Assembly (NCBI GenBank): GCA_903870275.1
Contig: CAIQCK010000049.1
Span: 17,672 to 81,671, forward strand
Direction: 5' to 3'
Length of the DNA stretch: 64,000 nucleotides
Source: an uncultured bacterium
Lineage (GTDB): Bacteria; Verrucomicrobiota; Verrucomicrobiia; CAIQCK01
Shown: positions 18,872 through 28,549 of the stretch, piece by piece
Layout of the letters: each line of letters opens with the position of its first letter
Position numbering within the stretch: position 1 is the first letter of the stretch
Notes under the pieces: model-generated
The model's input: only the letters and a program-made list of their open reading frames with translations
Database searches by the model: none
What the model was told of the DNA's origin: nothing
Made by a program: the position numbers and the translations under genes

Positions 18872-20092
18872 ATGCCCCGCCGCATCAAATCCAAACACCA
18901 GCTCGTCGCCACGCTCGACGCCGAGTTACTGCGGCGTGTGCGCGCGCATGGCGGCCTCTCGCGCATGCAACTGGCGCGGGAATTGAAGCTCGCGCCTTCG
19001 ACGGCAGGCATCTACGTGGACCGGCTCGTGCGCGAAGGCTTTCTCCTGGAAACCGAAACCACCGGCCGGGCAACCGCCGGCCGGCCGGCGACATCGCTGG
19101 TGCCCAACCCCGACGGCGGCCGGTTCATTGGCGTGGACTTTGGCGTACCCAACCTGATGGCCACGGTCGTGGATTTCTCGCAGCGTCCGCTGCGGCAGAG
19201 CCACACGACGCTCCGCCCGGCGGACTCGGCGGCGCGCATCCTCGCAAAAATCGAGCTAGCGATTGAAGAAATGACGGCCCGCGACCCGCGACCCGTGCTC
19301 GGCATCGGCGTGGGCGTGCCGGGGACGATTGATCCCGTGACCAACGTCGCCGTCCACTATGAATTCACCCGAGGCTGGAACAACGTGCCACTCGGCGCGC
19401 GGCTGACGGAACGGTTCGGCGTGCCGGTGTTTTTGGAAAACAACATCCGTTCGATGGCGCTGGCCGAGTTGTGGTTCGGCGCCGGACGCGGGCTGAGGAA
19501 TTTCGTGTGCATTGGCATCCGCTCCGGCATTGCCGCCGGCGTGGTGGTGAACGGCCAGTTGTTGCACGGCGCCCAGCATCGCGCCGGCGAGATTGGTCAT
19601 TGGGTCTGCCCCGTGCCGGAGGAACTCGCCGCCCACCCGCCCGCGCGCCGTCAACGCGGCTGGCGCTGGCAAACCGCCGCGAAACTGGAACAAGTCGCGT
19701 CGCTCTCCGCCATCGTGGCCACCGCGCAACGTGGTTTGAAGCGCAACCCCAAGACCTCCCTCGCCGGTGTGAAAGGCCCTCTGGCGATTGACGACGTGCT
19801 TGCCGCGGCCCGCGACGGCGACGCCTTCGCCGCGTCGCTGGTGCGCGCGGCAGGCCGCGCTCACGGTTGGGTGGCGCACCAGATCAACGAGTTGTTCAAC
19901 CCGGAAAAAATCATCTTCGCCGGTCCGCTGGCGGATTTCGGCGATCTCTTCATCACGACCGTTCGCGAAACCGCCCGCGAACTCGGCGGCGCCGGATGCG
20001 ATGCCGTCATCGTGAACTCGATCCTCGGCCAATACAACGGCGCCGTCGGCGCGGCGGCGCTGGCGCTGCATCAATGGAAACCACGACGATGA
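18872..20092 (+). CDS. ROK-family transcriptional regulator
   Basis: The ATG lies 2 nt after the preceding stop. It has an N-terminal winged HTH (LLRRVRAHGGLSRMQLARELKLAPSTAGIYVDRLVREGFL) followed by a ROK sugar-kinase-like fold (IGVDFG..., GAQHRAGEIGH). Confidence 0.85.
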   Translation: MPRRIKSKHQLVATLDAELLRRVRAHGGLSRMQLARELKLAPSTAGIYVDRLVREGFLLETETTGRATAGRPATSLVPNPDGGRFIGVDFGVPNLMATVVDFSQRPLRQSHTTLRPADSAARILAKIELAIEEMTARDPRPVLGIGVGVPGTIDPVTNVAVHYEFTRGWNNVPLGARLTERFGVPVFLENNIRSMALAELWFGAGRGLRNFVCIGIRSGIAAGVVVNGQLLHGAQHRAGEIGHWVCPVPEELAAHPPARRQRGWRWQTAAKLEQVASLSAIVATAQRGLKRNPKTSLAGVKGPLAIDDVLAAARDGDAFAASLVRAAGRAHGWVAHQINELFNPEKIIFAGPLADFGDLFITTVRETARELGGAGCDAVIVNSILGQYNGAVGAAALALHQWKPRR

Positions 20093-21213
20093 ATGCCGCA
20101 AGTGTCTGGACTTTCAAACTGCCAACCGCCGTCACGTTCGGCGACGGCTGCGTGCTGCAACTGCCGCAAATCGCCGCGGCGCGCGGCGTCCGGCCGTTGT
20201 TGGTGGCCGACCGCGATTTCGTACGGCTGCCGACGTTCGCGCGCGTGCAAGAGGTGCTGCCGGGCGTTCCCGTCTTCTCCAACGTGACGCCGGACCCGAC
20301 CGTGGCTTCCGTGGACGCGCTGGCGGCGCGGTTGCGCACGGAGCGGCACGACGTGGTGGTCGCCGTCGGCGGCGGCAGCGCGATGGATTGCGCGAAAGCG
20401 GCGGCATGCCTGGCTGCGGGAAATCTGCCGAGCATCCGCGCCGTCCACTCCGAAGGCGTTCCGCTCGGCTTGGCGCGACTGCCGCTCATCGCCGTGCCGA
20501 CGACGGCGGGGACCGGCTCGGAGGTCACGCCGTTTGCAGTGCTGAGCGACACCGAAAAGCAGGTCAAAGGGCCGATTGCCGGCGATGCGCTGTATCCCGT
20601 CCACGCGGTCGTGGACCCCGAGCTGACGCACTCGCTGCCGCTGAAAGTCACGGTGGTGACGGGACTCGACGCATTAAGCCACGCCATCGAAGGCTATTGG
20701 TCGCGCAACCATCAGCCGATCTGCGATGTGATGGCGGTCGAAGCGGCACGGTTGATTTGCGCAAACCTGAAGCGCGCGGCGCAACAGCCGGCCGATGCGG
20801 AGGCGCGCTCGGCAATGAGTTACGCCGCGACACTGGCCGGCGCGGCGTTCCAGTTGCCGAAGAATGCGATGGTGCATGCGTGTTCGTTTCCGCTCTCGGC
20901 GCGCTACCATCTCGCTCACGGCACGGCCTGCGCGTTCACGCTGGAGGAAGCCATCCGCTTCAACGCGCCGGTCATGGGCGGGCGCATGACGGCCTTTCTT
21001 CGCGGCATCGGTTTCGCCAGCGCGGATGAACTGGTCGCGCTCGTGCGCGAGTTGAAACGGCTCGGCGGCCTGCCTTGCACTCTGCGCGAGGCGGGCATCC
21101 CGGCGGCGGAGATTCCAAATCTCGCCAAGGAAAGTTTTCATCCGCTCATGCGGAACAACCCGCGGACGATGACGGAAGCCGACCTTGTCGCGATGTATGA
21201 GCGGCTGGTGTGA
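20089..21213 (+). CDS. iron-containing (group III) alcohol dehydrogenase
   Basis: ATGA overlap with the ROK stop. Motifs GGGSAMDCAK, PTTAGTGSE, LDALSHAIE, HLAHG. The longer ORF from 19867 overlaps ROK and is rejected. Confidence 0.85.
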   Translation: MNAASVWTFKLPTAVTFGDGCVLQLPQIAAARGVRPLLVADRDFVRLPTFARVQEVLPGVPVFSNVTPDPTVASVDALAARLRTERHDVVVAVGGGSAMDCAKAAACLAAGNLPSIRAVHSEGVPLGLARLPLIAVPTTAGTGSEVTPFAVLSDTEKQVKGPIAGDALYPVHAVVDPELTHSLPLKVTVVTGLDALSHAIEGYWSRNHQPICDVMAVEAARLICANLKRAAQQPADAEARSAMSYAATLAGAAFQLPKNAMVHACSFPLSARYHLAHGTACAFTLEEAIRFNAPVMGGRMTAFLRGIGFASADELVALVRELKRLGGLPCTLREAGIPAAEIPNLAKESFHPLMRNNPRTMTEADLVAMYERLV

Positions 21214-21232
21214 CCCTTGGAAAGGAACAACG

Positions 21233-22093
21233 ATGGACCCAATTACAACACCACCGGCGTTTGACCGCGCCGAGTTCGACCAGATGGCGGCGGAGTGGCG
21301 CTACATCATGACCGACATGATCTGCCGCGCCGGCTCCGGCCACCTCGGCGGCGCCTTCAGCCTCGTCGAAATCATTATGAGCCTCTACTACCGGATCCTG
21401 CGCGTGGACCCGGCGAACCCGCGCTGGGATGAGCGCGACCGGCTGGTGCTCTCGAAAGGCCACGCTGCGCCGGTGCTTTATCTGGCGCTGGCTTACCAGG
21501 GATTTTTCCCGATGGCGTGGTTGAAGACGCTCAATGCCGACGGGACGAAGCTGCCGAGCCATGCGGATGCGCGCTGCGTGCCGGGCATTGACATGACCAC
21601 CGGTTCGCTGGGCCAGGGACTCTCGTGCGCCTGCGGCGCCGCGTATGCCGCGCGGCTGGACGGAAAAAAACACCGTGTGTTTTGCATCATCGGCGACGGC
21701 GAGAGCGACGAAGGCCAGAACTGGGAAGCCGCGATGTTCGCGGGCCATCACAAGCTCGACAACCTCGTCGCCATCACCGACTACAACAAGCTGCAGATTG
21801 ATGACTTCACCGACCGGCTGCTCACGCTGGAGCCGCTCCGCGACAAATGGCGCGCGTTCGGCTGGCAGGTGTTCGAGATGGACGGGCACGATTGGGACGC
21901 GATCCACGAGACGATCAATGCCGCCATCGCCGTGCGCGGCAAGCCGGCCATGATCATTGCGCACACGATCAAGGCCAAGGGCTGCTGCCTCGTCGAGAAC
22001 AAGCCGGAGAGCCACAACATCAAGGTTTCCGACCAGGCGGCTTATGACAAGTTCATGAACTCGCTGACGGCCAAGGCGACCCTGCCCTACTGA
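21233..22093 (+). CDS. transketolase, N-terminal (TPP-binding) subunit
   Basis: MDPITTPPAF... with SGHLGGAFS, the GDGESDEGQNWEA TPP motif and HKLDNL. It is a split-type transketolase half. Confidence 0.9.
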   Translation: MDPITTPPAFDRAEFDQMAAEWRYIMTDMICRAGSGHLGGAFSLVEIIMSLYYRILRVDPANPRWDERDRLVLSKGHAAPVLYLALAYQGFFPMAWLKTLNADGTKLPSHADARCVPGIDMTTGSLGQGLSCACGAAYAARLDGKKHRVFCIIGDGESDEGQNWEAAMFAGHHKLDNLVAITDYNKLQIDDFTDRLLTLEPLRDKWRAFGWQVFEMDGHDWDAIHETINAAIAVRGKPAMIIAHTIKAKGCCLVENKPESHNIKVSDQAAYDKFMNSLTAKATLPY

Positions 22094-22102
22094 GGAACGA
22101 AC

Positions 22103-23062
22103 ATGGGAAAAGATTTTCACAGCATGGAAATGCGCTTCGTCTATGGCGAGACGCTGAACGAACTGATCGAGCACAACCCGAACGTGATGTGCCTCGAAGC
22201 CGACTTGAGCAAAGCCTCCGGCACCAACCCGACGGTGTTGAGCAAACATCCGGCGAACTTCCTGAACGTTGGCGTGGCCGAGGCGAACATGATCTGCATC
22301 GCCGCGGGACTCGCGTCGGAAGGGAAAGCACCGTTCTGCGCGACCTTCACCTGTTTCGCCACGCGGCGCGTGTATGACCAGATCACCATCAGCGTGGCCT
22401 ACGCCAACACCAATGTGAAGATCGTCGGCACTTCGCCGGGCGTCACCGCCGGCCCGAACGGCGGCACCCACATGTGTTTTCAGGATCTGGCGATCATGCG
22501 CGCGATGCCGAACATGCACGTCTATAGCCCGTGCGATGCGCTGGAGCTGCGTTCGGTGATGCGCTACATGGCCGCGAACCGCCAGCCAACCTACATGCAA
22601 CTCATCCGCTCCAAGGTCCCGAAAATCTTCGACGCGGAATATGCGTTCAACCCGGAGAAAGCCGTCGTCCTGCGCGAAGGCCGCGACGTGACGCTCGTCT
22701 CGACCGGCTACATGACACAGTTCGCCGTCGCGGCCGCGGACGAGCTGGTGCGGGAAAACATTTCAGTCGAGTTGCTGCACTATCCGTCCGTCAAACCACT
22801 CGACACGGCCACTCTCGCCGCGTCGGCGCGGAAAACGCGCGGCGTCGTGACGGTCGAGAACCAGAACATCCTCGGCGGCCTCGGCGGCGCGGTGTGCGAG
22901 GCGCTGTCGGAACAATGCCCGACGCGCGTCACCCGGCTCGGTGTTCCGAACCAGTTTGGCGAAGTCGCGAGCGAACAATATCTCTTTGATAAACACGGCT
23001 TCGGCCCGAAGCAAATTGCCGACGCCTGCCGGCGAATGGCAGCGGAAAGGAAAACACCATGA
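22103..23062 (+). CDS. transketolase, C-terminal (pyrimidine-binding) subunit
   Basis: Starts 10 nt after the N-terminal half. Motifs NVGVAEANMI, FATRRVYDQI, GPNGGTHMCFQD. Confidence 0.9.
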   Translation: MGKDFHSMEMRFVYGETLNELIEHNPNVMCLEADLSKASGTNPTVLSKHPANFLNVGVAEANMICIAAGLASEGKAPFCATFTCFATRRVYDQITISVAYANTNVKIVGTSPGVTAGPNGGTHMCFQDLAIMRAMPNMHVYSPCDALELRSVMRYMAANRQPTYMQLIRSKVPKIFDAEYAFNPEKAVVLREGRDVTLVSTGYMTQFAVAAADELVRENISVELLHYPSVKPLDTATLAASARKTRGVVTVENQNILGGLGGAVCEALSEQCPTRVTRLGVPNQFGEVASEQYLFDKHGFGPKQIADACRRMAAERKTP

Positions 23063-23565
23063 AAATTGCCGTTGGATCAGTCGTGAGAGGTTTCAAGCTC
23101 AAGGAAGCGGTCAAGGCGCACCTGCAATCACGCGGCCATACCGTGATGGACGTCGGCTGCCCGGACACGGCGCAGTTCTGCAAATTCCCCTCCGTCGGCC
23201 AGCGCATCGCCCACGCGCTCGGCTCCGGCGCAGCGGAGCTGGCCATCAGTTGTTGCGGCAGCGGCACGGGCGCGACCATATCGGCGGGCAAGTTCAAAGG
23301 CGTCTGCGCCGTGAGCTGCGAGTCGGAAAGAACGGCGCGGATGGCGCGCGTGGTCAACGACGCCAACTGCCTCTGCATGGGCGAGGATATCGTGACGCCG
23401 GAGCTGGCCTGCAAGATGGTGGATGCGTTCGTGGAGGCGCGTTTTCAGGACGCGCCGGCTGTGCCGGAGCCGGTGCGCGCGTTCTGGCGCGAGGCGCGGG
23501 AGGAACTGATGGCCCGCGGCGCAGACCCTGCCGCGCGCGAGCTGGAGTTCTTAAAAAAGCCCTGA
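23059..23565 (+). CDS. RpiB/LacA/LacB-family sugar(-phosphate) isomerase
   Basis: ATGA overlap with the transketolase C-terminal half. MKIAVGS...; active-site-type CCGSGTGATISAGKFKGVCAV. Confidence 0.8.
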   Translation: MKIAVGSVVRGFKLKEAVKAHLQSRGHTVMDVGCPDTAQFCKFPSVGQRIAHALGSGAAELAISCCGSGTGATISAGKFKGVCAVSCESERTARMARVVNDANCLCMGEDIVTPELACKMVDAFVEARFQDAPAVPEPVRAFWREAREELMARGADPAARELEFLKKP

Positions 23566-23812
23566 CGGCGGTTGCCGTCTTCGCGGGGACTTTCTGCTTG
23601 CGATGCGAGCGGCGGGTTTTACACTGCTGCCGAAGTTGACCGAGCCACGCAAACAAAACACGATGGCGGCGACGACAAAACAATCACGGCGCAATAATCG
23701 GGATTTTTCTTTCAGCGCCATTTCCCGGGCCGCAAGCCGGAAGCAGGCTGGAAGCCATTGCTTCACCTTCGATGGTTCAGAATCCATATTCACTTTTCGC
23801 GGAGCCTTTGCC

Positions 23813-26800
23813 ATGATCCACCGCGTGCTGATTGCCATCGTCTTGATCCTCGCGGGGTTGGATTCAACCCTGAATGCCGCGGAATTGCCGAAGCTCAAGC
23901 CGCTGCCGCCGTTGGAATTGAATCCAGGCTCGCCGCAGGCGGTCATCGTGGCCCCCGCAGCGGCCGCATACGGCAAGATCGCCCAGCGATTGCGCGACGA
24001 GCTAGCCGCGGCGGTGGGACACGGCCCGCGCATCGTGGACGACCACACCCCGCCCGCCGAGTTGGGCGCCGGCCCGATCATCGTCCTGGGCAACTTGATG
24101 GACTCGGAGCTGGCACGGAAGCTGTATGTCGAGGCCTATGATTTCACGGACTATTCGTGGCCCAGCCCGGGCGGGCACGTGGTTCGCACGATCCGCGACC
24201 CGTTCGGCACGGGCGCGCACGTGATCATGCTGGGCGGCAGCGACGCGGCGGGGGTGGCCGATGCCGCGACAACGCTGGTCGCACTTGTCAAGACCGGCGG
24301 GAGCCGTCTGGGCTACGTGAACCGCGTGAAATTGGGATCGTGGGCCGACGGCATTCGAAGCTTCACCGGCGTGTTGCTTGCCGATCATGACAAAGACTGG
24401 GGCCGCAGCGGCTACTCGGGAAGCTGGGAGTATCAGATCCAGATCGCCAAGGCGGCCATCGGTTACTTGCGGACAGGCGACGAAGCGTATCTGCCGCTGT
24501 TCAAACGCGAGCTCCGCTGGTGGTTCGATCACGACGTGTTTCACCCCAAGACCGACGCGCCGCAGATGCTCCACGGGTTCTTGAACACGATTCTCACCCC
24601 GTGGGACCTGGTCCGCGATCATCCGGCATTCAGCGAAACGGAGCGGCAACAGATTGACGCCGATTTTCTCCGCGCCTTCTCCTCGCGCGAAGGACCGGGA
24701 AGGCTGGAATCGGAAAGCAAGCACCGGCAGATCCGCAACAACCACGGCACGCGCACCGGCCTGGACGCTTTCTTCGGCGGCCGTTATTTCACGCGCCGCT
24801 ACGGGCTGGCCGAGGCCCAGCGCTGGTCGGAGATCGCGGATCGCTACTTCGCCGTGCAGATGCAATCGTGCAAGCCCAACGAGGACTCCTGGGGCCACCA
24901 GTGGGCCGCCTCCATGTATAACACGCTCGTTTACTTTCTCGCCTCGGGAAAGCACGAGTATTTCGCCGCGGAAGGGTTTCGCCAAGCGGCCGACCGGGCG
25001 CTGATCGCCCATCCGGAGGGGACGCCGCCGCTGGGCTACATGTCGGCTTGCGCGGTCGCGTCTGGCGATACGGGCTACCTCAGCGGCTACGCGGGGGGCG
25101 AGGCGTTGGGCCAGATGGGAGCCCGCATGACCCACAATGGCGATGAATATCTGCGAAGCTTCACCACCGGAAAACCCATCGTGCCCAGAACCGACCTGCT
25201 GGGTGTGGCCACCGCGCCGCTGGATTTGCTGTGGTATCAGACCATTGACGGCGGCCCGAAACCGGGCCAGTTGTTCGCCAATACCCTGCCGCCGGAGGCC
25301 TGCTTCGACAAAATCTCAATCCGCGAAAAATGGACCGGCAACCCATACTACCTGCTCTTGGACGGCATTTCCGGCGGCGGGCATTCCTACCAGGACGCCA
25401 ACTGCATCGTGCGTTACTGCGAACGCGGACTGTATTGGGCCAGCGACACCTACCACGCCGATGCCTCGGCCACCGTCCGCGCGCAAAACGGAGTCTTCGT
25501 GGCGCTGGACGCCGCTGGACCGGGACACCTGCACCGCTTCGCCCGTCGGCTGTATGCCGACCGCGCCGGCCCCTACATGGGGATCGCTTCGGCGCTGGAA
25601 GGAGTGGGCGACGCCGATTGGCAGCGGCACATTGTGCGAAAACAGGGTCTCTGGACGCTGGTCATTGATCGCCTGCTGGCCCGACGGCCGGGCGAGTTGC
25701 TGGCCGAACGGCATTGGCATCTCAATGGCGAGATCACGGCGCAGCCCGACGGCCTGATCAGCCAGGCCGGCAGCCAACACTATTGCCTGCATCTGCAAAC
25801 GGCGGGCGTCACCCCCGAGGGAATGCGCGGCACTCGAGATCGCGTGGAGCTGGTCCGTGGCCGGGCAAGCCCCGAGCAACCGCTGGAGATGGCTTCGCTG
25901 CTGTCCGTCAATACCAACTCGAATGAGGCCGGCGTGCGGCTGACCCGCGCGGCGGCTGGCTGGCGAGTCGAATCGCCCGGCGGCGTTGAGGTCGTTGTCC
26001 CCAACGCGTCCGGCGAGCCGGGGATCACGATCCTTTCCGCAAACGGCAGCACGGTGATCGGTGCGGCTCCGGCGCATCCCTTGCCGGCCTACCCGCAAGC
26101 CAGCCAGCCGGCCCCATCGCCGGCCGGAAGTGTGCTGCCGGTGGCGCCGCAGTTTCCCGCGACCACGCCGCCCTGGCGCGAACTGCGCGTGGGAGAGCGT
26201 GCGGTCACGGCCATTGCCCGGGCGGCCGACGGCCGTTTCGCGGCCGGGGATGCGGCAGGACACGTAGTGGTTTTCACCCCTGACGGTGACCGCCGCGCAA
26301 CCGCGCAATTCCCCAGCACCATCCTCGCGCTGCACTTTTTCGGCGACGACCTGCTGGTGGGAGAAGATCGCGGCGCCATCACGCGACTGGCGGCCGACGG
26401 CACGCAGCGCTGGCAACTGTTGATTCCCTACGTGTCGATGGCGTGGGCCAACTGGAGCGAAGAAAAGAGCCGCATTCGCGAGATCAGCTCAGCCGACATC
26501 AACGGCGACGGGCATCCCGAGATCCTTGTCGCCAACGCGGATCGCCGCGTGTATGCGCTGACGGAAGATGGCAAGGAATTATGGAAAGCCTCCGTCGAGT
26601 GGGGTGTTTACACAGCCATGACGGTCGGGCAATACAAGGGGGCTTTCGCGCTGTTGGGAGGCACTTCGAAGCCCTCGATCTTCGGCCATTGCGTGCTCTT
26701 CGGCGCCGACGGCAAGTGGCTGAATCACTTTGCCCGGCCGGACCTGATTTCCTGGTCCAATCCCAGCCAGTTTCGCGACCTGCGACTGGCCGACCTGGAC

Positions 26801-27328
26801 GGCGACGGCCAGCAGGAAGTGGTGTGCGCTGTCGATACCGACTGCCGGCAACTGGTGGTCTATCGTGCCGATGGGAAGCTGTTTTGGGATGCCGACGTGG
26901 CCGGCGCGGCCGAGGCGGTCGCCATTGCTCCGGCCAACGCGGCGCGCCGCCCGGTCGTGTATTGCGCCTCCGCGTCCGGCTACGTCTGCGCGTTCGACGG
27001 CCGCACGGGCGCGCGCCGCTTCGCGAGTTTTGTGGGCGAGGCCACACACTTCGTGGCGCCCATGGCCGACGGCCGGGTGATCGCCGCCAGCCGGTCAGGC
27101 AAGGTTTTCGTGCTCCGCGACGACGGGACCGTGCTGGGACAGGTTTCGTTGGCGCGGCCCATCACCGGCCTGCTGCGCCCCGGCGAGGATCGCAGCGCCA
27201 ACGCGGTCTTGTTAGGAACCGAGGACGGTCGGTTGCTGGTCGAGTGCCTTCCAACCGGCAAAGTGCCGGGCGCAACCACCCCGCTCTCAAACAAAAACAT
27301 CCCGCGCGCCAAGGTGAAAACGAAGTAA
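23813..27328 (+). CDS. large secreted protein: tentative heparinase II/III-like (alpha/alpha toroid + beta-sandwich) region plus a C-terminal FG-GAP/PQQ-like beta-propeller
   Basis: Start chosen at MIHRVLIAIVLILAGLDSTLNA (signal peptide); the ORF is open from 23603. The central part reads RNNHGTRTG..., GGGHSYQDANCIV. The C-terminal repeats read ADINGDGHPEILVAN and LADLDGDGQQEVVCAV, with alternating DGK-LW strands. The functional call is tentative. Confidence 0.6.
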   Translation: MIHRVLIAIVLILAGLDSTLNAAELPKLKPLPPLELNPGSPQAVIVAPAAAAYGKIAQRLRDELAAAVGHGPRIVDDHTPPAELGAGPIIVLGNLMDSELARKLYVEAYDFTDYSWPSPGGHVVRTIRDPFGTGAHVIMLGGSDAAGVADAATTLVALVKTGGSRLGYVNRVKLGSWADGIRSFTGVLLADHDKDWGRSGYSGSWEYQIQIAKAAIGYLRTGDEAYLPLFKRELRWWFDHDVFHPKTDAPQMLHGFLNTILTPWDLVRDHPAFSETERQQIDADFLRAFSSREGPGRLESESKHRQIRNNHGTRTGLDAFFGGRYFTRRYGLAEAQRWSEIADRYFAVQMQSCKPNEDSWGHQWAASMYNTLVYFLASGKHEYFAAEGFRQAADRALIAHPEGTPPLGYMSACAVASGDTGYLSGYAGGEALGQMGARMTHNGDEYLRSFTTGKPIVPRTDLLGVATAPLDLLWYQTIDGGPKPGQLFANTLPPEACFDKISIREKWTGNPYYLLLDGISGGGHSYQDANCIVRYCERGLYWASDTYHADASATVRAQNGVFVALDAAGPGHLHRFARRLYADRAGPYMGIASALEGVGDADWQRHIVRKQGLWTLVIDRLLARRPGELLAERHWHLNGEITAQPDGLISQAGSQHYCLHLQTAGVTPEGMRGTRDRVELVRGRASPEQPLEMASLLSVNTNSNEAGVRLTRAAAGWRVESPGGVEVVVPNASGEPGITILSANGSTVIGAAPAHPLPAYPQASQPAPSPAGSVLPVAPQFPATTPPWRELRVGERAVTAIARAADGRFAAGDAAGHVVVFTPDGDRRATAQFPSTILALHFFGDDLLVGEDRGAITRLAADGTQRWQLLIPYVSMAWANWSEEKSRIREISSADINGDGHPEILVANADRRVYALTEDGKELWKASVEWGVYTAMTVGQYKGAFALLGGTSKPSIFGHCVLFGADGKWLNHFARPDLISWSNPSQFRDLRLADLDGDGQQEVVCAVDTDCRQLVVYRADGKLFWDADVAGAAEAVAIAPANAARRPVVYCASASGYVCAFDGRTGARRFASFVGEATHFVAPMADGRVIAASRSGKVFVLRDDGTVLGQVSLARPITGLLRPGEDRSANAVLLGTEDGRLLVECLPTGKVPGATTPLSNKNIPRAKVKTK

Positions 27329-28549
27329 TCAGCAGACTTGGGGTGAACCTGATCCGCGACGCGCTAAACTCCACGAACGCGCGTCGAGCGACACCGTCTG
27401 GTTGGACTGGATCGAGCGTCGAGCTGCGGTCGCACAGGCGGTGGCGCGATTGCCGTCCGCGGCGGTGGCGTTGGCAGGACACCGGCCTTGGGCAACGGCG
27501 AGACAAAAGTTTTCAAGCGCCACACCCCACCCCTTGTCGGATGCGTAGTTGATTTGAGGCAGGGGCGGATCGCCGAGGCGGGCGCGAGCGCGATCCCATG
27601 CGGCCGGGTCGGCGCTGTCGGCCAGCACGCCTGACTCGCGCATCGCCGCCTCGTAACGCTGCCGCATTTCCAGCAGCGCCGGCAGCCCGCGCTGCGCAAA
27701 GTCGTCCACGTGACGGTTGTCGCAACCGTCGTAGGGTCGGCCGGCGAACCGAGTCACGGGCGGCAAGCCCGCGATGCCGTAACCGCGCACTTCGACGAAG
27801 TCATCCATCTCTACCGCGCGGCAGTCCAGGATGGCTTCGAGGTGTTCCTTGGGCTGGGCCAGCGAGCCATACGACGAAGAGAGAATGGCCGCGCGACTGC
27901 CGCTGGCGTAGTCCACCAGAACCAAGTCGTCATTGGGCCGCGCCTCGTGCGCGACGATGGCAACCGGCTCCGATCCCAACAAATACGCCAGCAAATCGAA
28001 GATGTGGACGGTCTCGGTCAGCAAAGTGTCGGCAGTCTTCCACCGCTGGTCAGGCGGACGGATACGGTCGTCAGTGGCAATCCGATAGAAGACGGTGACC
28101 GGAGATGCGACGCTCTGGAAGGCTCTTTTCAACAACGCAGTCGCCGGGGCAAAACGACGGTTGAATCCCACCGCGACCGGCACGCCTCGCTCGTCCGCAA
28201 GATGCTGGAGATTCTGGCACTCTTCGACCGTTGGCGCCAGGGGCTTCTCGATATAGATCGGCTTGCCCCGCCCAATCGCCGCCCGCGCGATTTGCGGATG
28301 GAGCGACGGAACAACGCCGGCGACGACAATCTCGACCTCCGGGTCGGCCACCACGTCTTCCCACCGCGTGGAGCGCCGCGCTGGCTGGTATCGGTCGGCC
28401 ACCCGTTGGAGTTTGACAGGGTCCACGTCCGCCAGGTGTTGCAACGCCAGATGCTCGCTGCGCGCGATGGTCTGGAGATGCTGCTGGCTCATGAACTGGC
28501 CGCAGCCAATCGCTCCGATGCGAATCCGTTTCGGTTTTTCTGCGCTCAT
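27329..28549 (-). CDS. Gfo/Idh/MocA-family oxidoreductase (cytoplasmic)
   Basis: Start MSAEKPKRIRIGAIGCGQFMSQQH, with an ATGA overlap onto the upstream kinase stop. Contains EKPL. Its stop codon abuts the stop of the convergent 23813-27328 gene. Confidence 0.85.
   Translation of the reverse strand: MSAEKPKRIRIGAIGCGQFMSQQHLQTIARSEHLALQHLADVDPVKLQRVADRYQPARRSTRWEDVVADPEVEIVVAGVVPSLHPQIARAAIGRGKPIYIEKPLAPTVEECQNLQHLADERGVPVAVGFNRRFAPATALLKRAFQSVASPVTVFYRIATDDRIRPPDQRWKTADTLLTETVHIFDLLAYLLGSEPVAIVAHEARPNDDLVLVDYASGSRAAILSSSYGSLAQPKEHLEAILDCRAVEMDDFVEVRGYGIAGLPPVTRFAGRPYDGCDNRHVDDFAQRGLPALLEMRQRYEAAMRESGVLADSADPAAWDRARARLGDPPLPQINYASDKGWGVALENFCLAVAQGRCPANATAADGNRATACATAARRSIQSNQTVSLDARSWSLARRGSGSPQVC

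Noticed and set aside
18818-21213. Longer N-terminal extensions of the ROK (from 18818) and Fe-ADH (from 19867) ORFs
   Set aside because: The extensions overlap the preceding genes by 50-220 nt and translate to Arg/Gly-rich junk. Internal ATGs at 18872 and 20089 give canonical N-termini and tight operon spacing.
21146-22600. 484-aa minus-strand ORF
   Set aside because: It is antisense to both transketolase halves, which carry canonical TPP and pyrimidine-binding motifs.
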